The position numbers and the translations under genes were made by a program. Below the pieces are notes generated by a model. The model was given only the letters and a program-made list of their open reading frames with translations. It made no database searches and had not been told where the DNA came from. Below, in pieces: positions 55,720 through 64,000 of a DNA stretch of 64,000 nucleotides. Numbering within the stretch: position 1 is the first letter of the stretch; the number at the start of each line of letters is the position of its first letter. The DNA is from Polyangiaceae bacterium (lineage in GTDB: Bacteria; Myxococcota_A; Polyangia; Polyangiales; Polyangiaceae): NCBI GenBank assembly GCA_044376115.1, contig JBILLK010000005.1, positions 256,001 through 320,000 of the forward strand, in the 5' to 3' direction.

Positions 55720-56589
55720 TCACGGCACAGCGGTGGAACAGCGAATACCGAGAAAGCCGCAGCGGTAGGTCTTTTTGAAGCCACCGTGGTGGGCGATTGC
55801 GACCTGCTTGGGGACGCCGTCTTTCCAACTGCCACCGCGGCCAATGCGGAAGCTGCCGGTGGAGTCATTGGTGGTGGTCGTCCACTGATAGATGTTACCG
55901 ACGAGGTCGAACACGCCGGCTTTCCCCTGCGCGAAGGTCCCTACCGGACAGGGCATGGTGCGCTTCTCCTTGCCCGACCAACAGAGTTGTTCACCGGGCG
56001 CGTCGTTGCCCCACGGGTAACTGAGCGCTTCCTCTCCGCCGCGCGCAGCCCACTCCCACTCGAGATCGCTCACGACGCGCTTGCCCTGCGCTTTGCAGTA
56101 GCGAGCCGCCTGATCGAAGTCGACGCAGATCATCGGCAAGTTGCCGCGGCCCTCTTTCTTGTAGGTGGAAGGGTCGCAGGCATGCACGGCGCCGTTATCG
56201 CATTTGCCCGAGTCAATGCAGGCCGTGTATTCATCCGTCGTCGCTAGATTGTTATCTAAACAGAACGGCTCGACGCTCAGCGCTTGACGGTAATAGGTGG
56301 ATTTGAACTTGCCGCCACCGAACTCGGACATGCCGGGTTGGCACTTACCCTGGGCGGTGGGCTTCGGCGGAGGGGGTGGTGCCGTTGGCACCGGCTCGGC
56401 CGAGGCAACGGCGCTGGCCGTGGGCGCAAGGCTCACGCTGGCTGAAGCCGATGGCGCCGTGGTGACGGCTGTCGCGGTGCTGTTGCCCTCCGGCGGCTTG
56501 ACCGGCTCGCTCGCGGCCGAGCAGGCGCTAGCGAGCCCAAGCATCATTAGCGAGAACCCAGCGAGCTGCGCGCAATCATGAATTGCCAT
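55720..56589 (-). CDS. FGE-sulfatase (SUMF1/EgtB/PvdO-like) domain lipoprotein
   Basis: Signal ending ASAC; PMICVDFDQAARYC, EWEWAARGG, YPWGN, FDLVGNIYQWT, RGGSW, GIRC. Confidence 0.9.
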   Translation of the reverse strand: MAIHDCAQLAGFSLMMLGLASACSAASEPVKPPEGNSTATAVTTAPSASASVSLAPTASAVASAEPVPTAPPPPPKPTAQGKCQPGMSEFGGGKFKSTYYRQALSVEPFCLDNNLATTDEYTACIDSGKCDNGAVHACDPSTYKKEGRGNLPMICVDFDQAARYCKAQGKRVVSDLEWEWAARGGEEALSYPWGNDAPGEQLCWSGKEKRTMPCPVGTFAQGKAGVFDLVGNIYQWTTTTNDSTGSFRIGRGGSWKDGVPKQVAIAHHGGFKKTYRCGFLGIRCSTAVP

Positions 56590-56604
56590 CGATCGAGACC
56601 TTTC

Positions 56605-57105
56605 TCACAGAAGCGAAATGAAGGGCGACTCTTCGCCCGCGAGCCAATGTTCTTGCAGCACCAGCGCCGGCTCAGGAACGTACGCGCCTTGCGCGTCTTT
56701 GCCTTGTGTCCAGAACTGCACCACCCGTCGATCCCCGCGTCGCAGCGGGAACTGCACCTCGCCAGGGGAGCCCTGTTCTTCGGGCCCGATCCAGAAGGCG
56801 AGGCCTTCATTCGAGCCGCCCAGTAGGGAGACAGCGAACATCTTTTCTGGGCAGCGGACCCGCAGCCACTCACGAACGCGCGTGGCTTTGCAGCCAGCCG
56901 CAGCGGGGCTCACTCGGCTGAGTTGCATTGGGGTCGCGGTTTGCCACTCCTGGGCTGTAGGCACTGGTGAGCGCTCGCTGCCGGCCTTTGCGCTCGCGCT
57001 CGCCTGCGTTGAGGCAGACGGCGGTGCAGCGCCTGCATTCAGCGCTAAAAGGCCCGCGCTGCCGACGAGCGCAGCCAATCCAAGGGATAGGAAGGTCCGC
57101 TTCAT
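56605..57105 (-). CDS. Secreted hypothetical protein
   Basis: Signal peptide MKRTFLSLGLAALV...; C.ATRVREWLRVRC motif; ATGA overlap with the upstream gene. Confidence 0.7.
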   Translation of the reverse strand: MKRTFLSLGLAALVGSAGLLALNAGAAPPSASTQASASAKAGSERSPVPTAQEWQTATPMQLSRVSPAAAGCKATRVREWLRVRCPEKMFAVSLLGGSNEGLAFWIGPEEQGSPGEVQFPLRRGDRRVVQFWTQGKDAQGAYVPEPALVLQEHWLAGEESPFISLL

Positions 57106-59297
57106 AGTGTTTTCAGGTAAGCAACCAGCGCAGCGCGATCAACGCCCGAGAGCTGATTGGTACTCCCCATGCGATCGTTATTGTTGTTGATGATCCACTC
57201 GAGCGAGGGCGCCCGGCCGTCGTGAAAGTAGGGCGCTCGCCCGCCGATGAAACGCAACGAGGGCGTCTTGAAGCCGGCCTCTTCTTCTTCGTCGAAGCCG
57301 CCGCGCACCGGCAACTTGGCTAGTGAATACACCGCGCGGTTGGTGAAGCCCGTCTCAGCGGCGTGGCATTGGGCGCAGCGGACTTCCGGACTCGCGAAGA
57401 CCTCGCGCCCGCGCTTCTCGGTCTCGGTGAGCTCGCGGCCCAAGGCTGGCGGTGGCACCAAGCCGCGCCGCAGAAAGACCGTGAGTCGGCCGGCGCGGGC
57501 GATCAAGTTGGAGCCGTCATGCTTCGGCATTCCGCCCCAGCGGTGAAGTCCGAAGCCCGCGCTCAGCCGCGCACCCAAGTCGGGGCTCTCACCGTGCCAG
57601 CCGTAGGGGCCCGCTGCTGCGACCAAGCCGGCCAACATCGGAGTGCGACGCGGTACGCCGCGCACGCCCTCCTCCTGCGGGATGTCGGCGGCGTCCCCGA
57701 CGAAGTTTGTGTGCGTACCGTCGGTGGTATTGAACTTCGCCTCGTGCCACACGTGCCCATCGTCACGGCCCTCGGGGTGGCAGCCGGCACAGCCGAGCCC
57801 GCCGCTGGTGATGCGATCGGTGGCGTTGTAGAAGAGCCTCCTGCCGATCGCCCCGTCCTTGTCTGCGAGCGGCTCTTCAGCGAGGCGAACGGTGCTGACA
57901 ACCGCAGCGGGGAGCTCCTTCGCTGGAGCGCTCTCGGTGCTGAAGTCCTCCAGCGGGACGACCGCCAAATCGTAGGTCGACCGGCACCAAACCCAGGCTG
58001 TCTTTTCGTCGCTCGAGAGCGCAAGGCCGCTCGGCGCGCCGCAGGTCCCAGCGACTGGGAGCAGCGGATCGTAGTCGCTACCAACCACATAACTGCGCAA
58101 TACGCCGCGCGCGGGATCGAGCCCCGTCGCGTCCAATTCGGCCAGCAGGTCATCCCCCTCGCTGGCGACGAGCAGCGTGCGCGTGCTCTTGCGATAAGCC
58201 ATCGCGCGCGGTTGGGTAAACGGCGAGAGCGGCTTGCCGGGCACCACCAACTCGAGCCCGCTCGGCGCTTTATCGGCGCGCAAGAACGGCAAGAGGCCAT
58301 GCCGCCGCGGTGCGAGCGAGCTGTCGTCGGCGGTGAGCAGTACGTCCACGGTGGAGGCCCCAAACCAGGCGTTTTCCCCGAGCGCACCGAGCGCATGACG
58401 GGCGACGAACAGCCGCGATTGGTCCGGCGAAAGCAGCGCCGCATAGCCGAGCGAGGCCGCCAGCGTCACGCCGGAGGGCGAGCGCAACGGCGCTGGCGTG
58501 AGCCCAACGGTCGAGACTTTGGGCGGGCTCGCGAGACCACCTGGCCCGGAGGCCTCGAGCTTGGTCAACGAAGCGCCCACCAAGTGGCTCACGTACGCGA
58601 CGGTCCCCTGCTCGTTGATCACCACCGCACGCGGCTCACGCGCCACGTCGATCGACCACAGCTTCTTGAGCGAGCCGAGCTCGACCGCCGAAATCTGACT
58701 GGTCCAGGCCGAAGTAACCAGCGCGAACTTTTCGTCGGCGGACAGCCCGAGTCCCCATGCGTCGGCGGGCAAATCGACGCGGCCCTTCTCGAAAAGCTCG
58801 CCTTTCTCATCGCGCTCGATCACCAGCAAAAGGCCGGGATCGCGCACCGTGACGAGCACGCGCCCGGCGAGCGGAAGCACCTGCGCCGGAGCTCCCGGAA
58901 GCTCCAACGTCTGCACCTGATCGGCGCTCGGTACAGCGCCTGCGCTGGGCAGCGGAATGCGTCGCAGCGCCTTGTGATCCTCGTCGGCGAGATAGAGCGC
59001 CTGCTCGCCTACACCAAGCGCGAGCGCACCGCCCTCACGTACGTTGGCCTTGGCTCGTGGCGCCGCTTCACCCTCCGGCAAGGAGCTCGCATTGTTGGAG
59101 GCGGTAACCGTCGCTGCCGCCGCGCTTGTGCTGGTCTGCGCACTTGAACCTGCCTCCGACGAGCAAGCCGTCGCGGCAGCCGAGAGCAACGTGAATCCGA
59201 GCAAGGTGAGGGGAAGCCGCACCGGCGCATCATCCAAGCGGGGTGCGCTCGCGGTCAAGCCATGCCCCGCAACAAGGCCACGAATTGCAGGCCGCAA
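57102..59297 (-). CDS. YncE-like beta-propeller fused to a di-heme cytochrome c (CCP/MauG-like) domain, probable lipoprotein
   Basis: Two heme motifs, CAGCH and CAQCH; FKTPSLR...APYFHDG; propeller blades (REPRAVVI, QPRAMAY, APSGLALS). The true start is probably near 59222. Confidence 0.88.
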   Translation of the reverse strand: MRPAIRGLVAGHGLTASAPRLDDAPVRLPLTLLGFTLLSAAATACSSEAGSSAQTSTSAAAATVTASNNASSLPEGEAAPRAKANVREGGALALGVGEQALYLADEDHKALRRIPLPSAGAVPSADQVQTLELPGAPAQVLPLAGRVLVTVRDPGLLLVIERDEKGELFEKGRVDLPADAWGLGLSADEKFALVTSAWTSQISAVELGSLKKLWSIDVAREPRAVVINEQGTVAYVSHLVGASLTKLEASGPGGLASPPKVSTVGLTPAPLRSPSGVTLAASLGYAALLSPDQSRLFVARHALGALGENAWFGASTVDVLLTADDSSLAPRRHGLLPFLRADKAPSGLELVVPGKPLSPFTQPRAMAYRKSTRTLLVASEGDDLLAELDATGLDPARGVLRSYVVGSDYDPLLPVAGTCGAPSGLALSSDEKTAWVWCRSTYDLAVVPLEDFSTESAPAKELPAAVVSTVRLAEEPLADKDGAIGRRLFYNATDRITSGGLGCAGCHPEGRDDGHVWHEAKFNTTDGTHTNFVGDAADIPQEEGVRGVPRRTPMLAGLVAAAGPYGWHGESPDLGARLSAGFGLHRWGGMPKHDGSNLIARAGRLTVFLRRGLVPPPALGRELTETEKRGREVFASPEVRCAQCHAAETGFTNRAVYSLAKLPVRGGFDEEEEAGFKTPSLRFIGGRAPYFHDGRAPSLEWIINNNNDRMGSTNQLSGVDRAALVAYLKTL

Positions 59298-59346
59298 ACC
59301 AACTCGTCGACGCGCCGGCCGGAACGCTCGATACTGAAGTCTGTTG

Positions 59347-60261
59347 ATGAAGAAACAAAGCTTCGTGCTGTTTGGTCACCCGGTGAAGCACTCGGCTTCC
59401 GCTGCGATGTTCACGGCGGCCTTTCGCGCTGCGGGCTTACCGCATTCGTACAGCCCGGTGGACGTCGGAACCTTGGGCGCGCTCGAGCGAGCCGTTGGCT
59501 ACTTGCGAGACGGCGTTTACGACGGCGCCAACGTGACCCTGCCGTACAAGCGCGAGGTGCTCGGCCTGGCCGATCGCATCGATGAATCAGCGGCTCGCGC
59601 GCTCGCGGCCAATGTGCTGGTGCGCGACGCAAACGATAAGGTCGTTGCCTACAACACCGACGTCGGCGCGCTTCAGGCCGAGATCGTCGAGGCCACCGCG
59701 GATCGGCGGCGCGCGGCGATTCTCGGCGCAGGCGGTGCAGCCACAGCGGCGATCGCAGCCTGCAAGGCGCTCGGATTTTCGGTGATCGGCGTGACCACCC
59801 GCTCCTGGACCGACACCGAAGCGATCGTCGATTCACCCAGCTCGGAGCGGGTTCGCGTGGTCGGAGGCCTCGCTTCGGTGTGGCCGAGTCACGAGCACGT
59901 GCAGCCTTCCACCAAGCTCTCGATGGCCATGCGCATGCAATGGACCGAGCTCGCGCAGCTGGCCGATATCGTGATTCAAGCCACCAGCGCGGGCATGCAA
60001 GGCGCCGATCCGGGCGATGAGGTGGCGAGCGTGGTGCCGTTCGAGGCGATGTCCAAACGCGCGTTCGCGCTCGATCTCGTGTATCGCCCGCCCACCACGC
60101 CCTTCATTGAAAAGGCACGTAAAGCCGGGATCCCTGCGGCCTCCGGCATCGGCATGTTGGTGCGTCAGGCCGAGGCGGCGTACAAGCTTTGGCTCGGGCA
60201 AGCGCCGGCACCGGCGGTCATGCGCAACGCGGTTGACGCGTTGATCGCCGGAGATTCTTGA
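59347..60261 (+). CDS. aroE: Shikimate dehydrogenase
   Basis: FGHPVKHS, GANVTLPYK, YNTD, LGAGGAA, ATSAGM, DLVYRP..TPF, GIGMLVRQA. Confidence 0.88.
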   Translation: MKKQSFVLFGHPVKHSASAAMFTAAFRAAGLPHSYSPVDVGTLGALERAVGYLRDGVYDGANVTLPYKREVLGLADRIDESAARALAANVLVRDANDKVVAYNTDVGALQAEIVEATADRRRAAILGAGGAATAAIAACKALGFSVIGVTTRSWTDTEAIVDSPSSERVRVVGGLASVWPSHEHVQPSTKLSMAMRMQWTELAQLADIVIQATSAGMQGADPGDEVASVVPFEAMSKRAFALDLVYRPPTTPFIEKARKAGIPAASGIGMLVRQAEAAYKLWLGQAPAPAVMRNAVDALIAGDS

Positions 60262-60322
60262 GGTTTTACGATTGATGTGTCGATTGTTGAGCGCTGCCAC
60301 GACCGATTGAACACGTACTCAC

Positions 60323-62005
60323 ATGGTGGACGCAGCAGACAACTCAGTGCGTGAGGCCCTACCCGAAAGCAGCGTCGATCTCGATGCGTTGCGCGGTACT
60401 CCGTATCGCATGTTGCGCAGCATCGGGCGCGGCCGCATGGGCGAGGTGGTGGAGGCCGAGCATCGCCGGCTCGGCAAGCTGCTCGTCGTCAAGCTGGTGC
60501 ACCCCGAGCTTGCGCTTCCTCATGCCGCCGAGCGACTCCGCGTCGAAGCGCAGATCCTCTCGCGGCTTTCGCATCCCAACTTGGTGGAGGTCAGCGATCT
60601 CGGGATCACCAAAGAAGGGAGGCCCTACTTGGTGATGGAGCGCCTCACCGGTCGCACCCTGCTGGACGAGGTGATCGCCCGCCGCTTTCTACCGCCCGAC
60701 GAGGCCGTGCAAATCGCCGCGGACGTGCTCTCGGCGCTGGAAGCGGCGCACGCCGCTGGCATCGTTCATCGCGACATCAAGAGCGAGAACGTCTTTCTGC
60801 ACAACGCCAGCGATTCGCGCGGCATCACCCGTCGCGTGGTCAAGCTGCTCGATTTTGGCGTGGCGAAGATCCTGGCCGGCGACCAAACGGTGGAGCCTTC
60901 GCGCTTCGCAACCGAAGAAGGCAGCGTGATCGGTACCCCGCGCTTTTGTTCGCCCGAACAAGCGCACGGTCGCTCCAAGATCGATCATCGCGCGGACATT
61001 TACGCCGTTGGTGGCATGCTCTTCACCATGGTCACGGGCCGCCGTCCGTTCGAACAAAGTGGCATGTTCGAGTTGATGCACGCGCATCTCTCGGAGCCGC
61101 CGCCGGTGCCCTCCTCGGTCGCTCCACAGCCCGTTCCCGCCGCGCTCGATGCGGCGATCTTGCGCGCCTTGGCCAAGAAGCCGGATGACCGTTTTCCCTC
61201 CGCCGCCGTGATGGCGCGCGCGTTGTGGGACGCCATTCAAGGTCCCGCCGCCTTCACGCCGGCCTTTGTCTCGGCTCCTCCCGGCGCGTCGCCCGCGTCG
61301 CCGCTCGGCCCATCCGCGTCGCCGATCACAACGCCGGTTGGTGCGAACCCTGCAGCGCCGGTCGCGGTGGTCCCAGCGCCATCTGCGGTCGCGGCACCGC
61401 CTTCGCTCTCCCCGTCCACGCTCGCCTCACCGTCGCCCATTGCCTCGCCACAAGCGGCAACCCCGGCGCAGACTCCTTCGCGCCGCGCGATGCACGGAAC
61501 GCACGTGCTCGATCGTGATTCTTTCTCGGCCCCACCGCGCTCCGCCGGCGCACCGATGAGCGGCACCCTCCCGCTCGACGCCTCCTCGCCGCTGGCGAGT
61601 CCCGCCGCTGCTGCTCCTGCGCTTGCTGCGGCTGTACCTGCCGCCTCACCGCTACCAGCGGCTCCGCCCAACGTAGGCGCGCCGCCGCCGTCCCCTGCCG
61701 CATTCATCCCGCAACCCACCACCGCACCGATGCCACGCATGAGCCGCTCGCAGTTGCCGGCCACAGCGCCTGGCGGTTACCCCGCCGTCAACGCGCACCA
61801 GGCGGGGCCGCAGGCGCCGCAGGGCGTGGTTTCGCCCGGCCATGCCCCGGGCCTGGCGCCTCTTCCAGTTCCACCGCCACAGCGCCCCGGCCCGTCGCCT
61901 GAAGCCGGCTTTGATCGCCTGCGTTTTGCGCTGATCTTCGCTGGCGCAACGCTGGTGATCGGCATCGTCACGATCATCCTCGTGCGCTTCGTTCTGCACC
62001 CCTGA
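60323..62005 (+). CDS. Ser/Thr protein kinase with Pro/Ala-rich region and C-terminal TM anchor
   Basis: IGRGRMGEV, HRDIKSEN, DFGVAK, GTPRFCSPEQ, DIYAVG; terminal TM helix. Confidence 0.95.
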   Translation: MVDAADNSVREALPESSVDLDALRGTPYRMLRSIGRGRMGEVVEAEHRRLGKLLVVKLVHPELALPHAAERLRVEAQILSRLSHPNLVEVSDLGITKEGRPYLVMERLTGRTLLDEVIARRFLPPDEAVQIAADVLSALEAAHAAGIVHRDIKSENVFLHNASDSRGITRRVVKLLDFGVAKILAGDQTVEPSRFATEEGSVIGTPRFCSPEQAHGRSKIDHRADIYAVGGMLFTMVTGRRPFEQSGMFELMHAHLSEPPPVPSSVAPQPVPAALDAAILRALAKKPDDRFPSAAVMARALWDAIQGPAAFTPAFVSAPPGASPASPLGPSASPITTPVGANPAAPVAVVPAPSAVAAPPSLSPSTLASPSPIASPQAATPAQTPSRRAMHGTHVLDRDSFSAPPRSAGAPMSGTLPLDASSPLASPAAAAPALAAAVPAASPLPAAPPNVGAPPPSPAAFIPQPTTAPMPRMSRSQLPATAPGGYPAVNAHQAGPQAPQGVVSPGHAPGLAPLPVPPPQRPGPSPEAGFDRLRFALIFAGATLVIGIVTIILVRFVLHP

Positions 62006-62056
62006 TCTGGCGCTGGGACAGCCCATGCTCGATCGGCTACCTTGCGCCAGCTCGCC

Positions 62057-64000
62057 GTGAACAAGGGCCCCTCCTATCAGCCTGGTGACAAACTGCTCGA
62101 CGTTTACGTCGTGGAGCGCGTGCTTGGTGAAGGCGGCTTCAACGACGTGTATCTCGCCCGCCATCAGATCCTGCCGCGGCGGTATGCGATCAAAGTCCTG
62201 CGCTCCACCGTCGCGCAAACGCCGGCGGATCTCGAGCGGCTGCGCAGCCGCGTCGAGCGCGAGGCGATCGTCCTGGCACGCTTCGACCACCCCAACCTGC
62301 CGACGCTGCATGACATGCGGCTGGAGCAGGGCGCGCCGGTGCTCGTACTCGAGTATTTGGAGGGCAAAGACTTTGGCTACGTCTTGGATGCAACACGGCA
62401 GCTAGCCGTGCAAGATGCGCTTTACATAGGTATTGAGGTCGCCAAGCCACTATCCATCGCTCACCAACGGGAGATCGTTCACCGCGACATAAAGCCGGAG
62501 AACATCTTCTGCATGACCGAAGAACCGCCGGAGGGCAAAGCCGTCGTGCGCCTCTTGGATTTCGGCGCTTCGCGCTTGCTCGGTGAAACCAAGCGGCTCA
62601 CGCGCGAGAACTCGGTGATCGCTACCATGTATTACGTCGCGCCCGAGTCATTGCAGGGCGCCGGCAAGCCGGACCATCGCGTAGATATTTATGCACTGGG
62701 CCTGGTGTTGTGGGAGAGCTTGGCCGGCTTTCACCCGTTTGACCCAAGCGATCAAGGCGTGCCGGCCACCCGTATGGGCCTATTGCAAATGGACGAGCCG
62801 GTGCCCTACCTGCGTGACGTCCGGCCCGACGTGCCCACTCGCTTCGCCGACGTACTCGCGAAAATGGTGGCGAAGAACCCCGGGGAACGGCCCGCCACCA
62901 TGCAGAACGTCTATGACGAACTGTGGGCCGTGCTCTCCACCATGCAGCACAGCGCCGAACGAATGGGCCAGCGTTTGCCTTCCATTTTTACCCGACAGGG
63001 CATGCGGCTGCCTGACGGCCAGGTGGTCTCTTCGCGCAGGCACCGTCGGCGCACGGTCGAGCGCGGCGGCGCTGCGAGTTACGCTCTGTCCAGCTCCTCG
63101 GTTCCGACCGAGCGCCGCCAAAGCGACGCCGGGCCTGCGCCGGCCCAAGCCGGGCCCAACTCGGCTGCGAACCCCGGGCCCGCCGCTCGAATCTCCGCCT
63201 CGCCCGCTGCCACCCAAGAGAGCCCGCAGCTCCGCCGCTCGAGTGCCTCCGCTGTAGCCCTCCCAACGTTGCCCGCCTCGGCCGAGCAACAAGCCCGCGC
63301 TGCCGCCACTCCGCGCGGTACCGAGCTATTGCCCAATAGCCCATTAAACCGCCAAGACGAGGCCGAACCGCAGGTCAAACAGCTGCTCGAGTTGGCCCAA
63401 TCGCCCAACAAGCCTGGCCATCGCGAGGCCCTGGAGGCCGCGCTCGGGCATACCTCGCCTGCGGTGCGTAAGGCCGCAACCCAAGGGCTCTCACGCGCCA
63501 ATTCACCGCTTTCACGCACGGCGCTCGAACGTGCGCTGGCCAGCGAGCGCGATATCGAAGTGCGCAGCGTGATGGCGCTCACGCTCGACCTGATGGGGCC
63601 GGCCGCCCCAGCGCCAGGGCTCGGTGGCACCGTATCGATGAACGACGGCACGCGGCCCGCTGGCTTCCCATCACCCAGCCCGCAAGCCAAGCCCGCCGCC
63701 CCTCAACCGGCGCCCACGCTGAGTGAAGAACCCGACGGTGAAGCCACCTTCATCGCCCGCCTCGCCGCTTCCGCGCTCACGGCTCCGCGGCTGGAAGAAC
63801 GCGAGCGCTCGCTGATCGCGTTGCAACAATCCTCGCCCGTCCACGCCGAACGTGTGGCGCTCGCCAAGCAAGTGATCGATCCCTTCGATGCGCGCGGCCA
63901 GGCCATCGCGGAGCCCGTTCGCGTGGAAGGCTTGGCGCGGTTGCGCTCGGTCGGCGTCGATCAGTTCCTGCTGCAAGCGGTGATGCGCGGGTTGGCCCGC
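62057..64000 (+). CDS. Ser/Thr protein kinase with HEAT-like repeats (partial, runs off the window; absent from the ORF track)
   Basis: Translated by hand from GTG 62057 (or TTG 62042): LGEGGFNDVY, YAIK, HRDIKPEN, DFGASR, YVAPE, DIYALG; later LGHTSPAVRKAATQGL and LASERDIEVRSVMA (HEAT-like). No stop before 64000. Confidence 0.92.
   Translation, partial: MNKGPSYQPGDKLLDVYVVERVLGEGGFNDVYLARHQILPRRYAIKVLRSTVAQTPADLERLRSRVEREAIVLARFDHPNLPTLHDMRLEQGAPVLVLEYLEGKDFGYVLDATRQLAVQDALYIGIEVAKPLSIAHQREIVHRDIKPENIFCMTEEPPEGKAVVRLLDFGASRLLGETKRLTRENSVIATMYYVAPESLQGAGKPDHRVDIYALGLVLWESLAGFHPFDPSDQGVPATRMGLLQMDEPVPYLRDVRPDVPTRFADVLAKMVAKNPGERPATMQNVYDELWAVLSTMQHSAERMGQRLPSIFTRQGMRLPDGQVVSSRRHRRRTVERGGAASYALSSSSVPTERRQSDAGPAPAQAGPNSAANPGPAARISASPAATQESPQLRRSSASAVALPTLPASAEQQARAAATPRGTELLPNSPLNRQDEAEPQVKQLLELAQSPNKPGHREALEAALGHTSPAVRKAATQGLSRANSPLSRTALERALASERDIEVRSVMALTLDLMGPAAPAPGLGGTVSMNDGTRPAGFPSPSPQAKPAAPQPAPTLSEEPDGEATFIARLAASALTAPRLEERERSLIALQQSSPVHAERVALAKQVIDPFDARGQAIAEPVRVEGLARLRSVGVDQFLLQAVMRGLAR

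Noticed and set aside
57363..59147. 594-aa plus-strand ORF
   Set aside because: Antisense shadow of the di-heme/propeller gene, with no motifs.
62003..62057. Stop-codon readthrough fusing the two in-frame kinases, or a start at ATG 62025
   Set aside because: In-frame adjacency occurs by chance one time in three, and the first kinase ends in a TM anchor. ATG 62025 is out of frame and stops after 11 codons.

Overview
This window is a GC-rich, gene-dense chromosomal segment, most likely from a myxobacterium (Polyangiales/Polyangiaceae-like). That assignment is an inference from four Hanks-type Ser/Thr kinases, many lipoproteins with Gly-rich linkers, and DUF2169 and FGE-sulfatase-fold paralogues. 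About 49 CDS can be supported. I saw no rRNA, tRNA, CRISPR array, transposase or integrase. Recognisable housekeeping-type genes are a NupC-type nucleoside transporter, lysC, class II fbaA, an RlmI-like methyltransferase, sthA, aroE, a 5'-nucleotidase, a fatty-acid desaturase and a membrane-anchored MutS-like ATPase. The best candidate for an undescribed system is a four-gene, translationally coupled module at 5969-11605: all-helical/TPR-like protein, J-domain-like protein lacking HPD, atypical 860-aa Hsp70 with an inserted domain and long helical tail, and a second helical protein. It lies directly behind a split SdpA/SdpB-like (QGWxMFS + HTTM) gene pair, and a fused version of that pair occurs again at 35228-37183. 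Other signals are a recurring TANNNT hexamer exactly 6 nt before start codons (leaderless-type promoters), an orphan DUF2169-pentapeptide fusion, a V4R-like gene coupled to a 754-aa acidic disordered protein, a degenerate zincin-like lipoprotein, and a beta-propeller/di-heme cytochrome c operon. All family calls come from motif recognition by eye; no searches were run.
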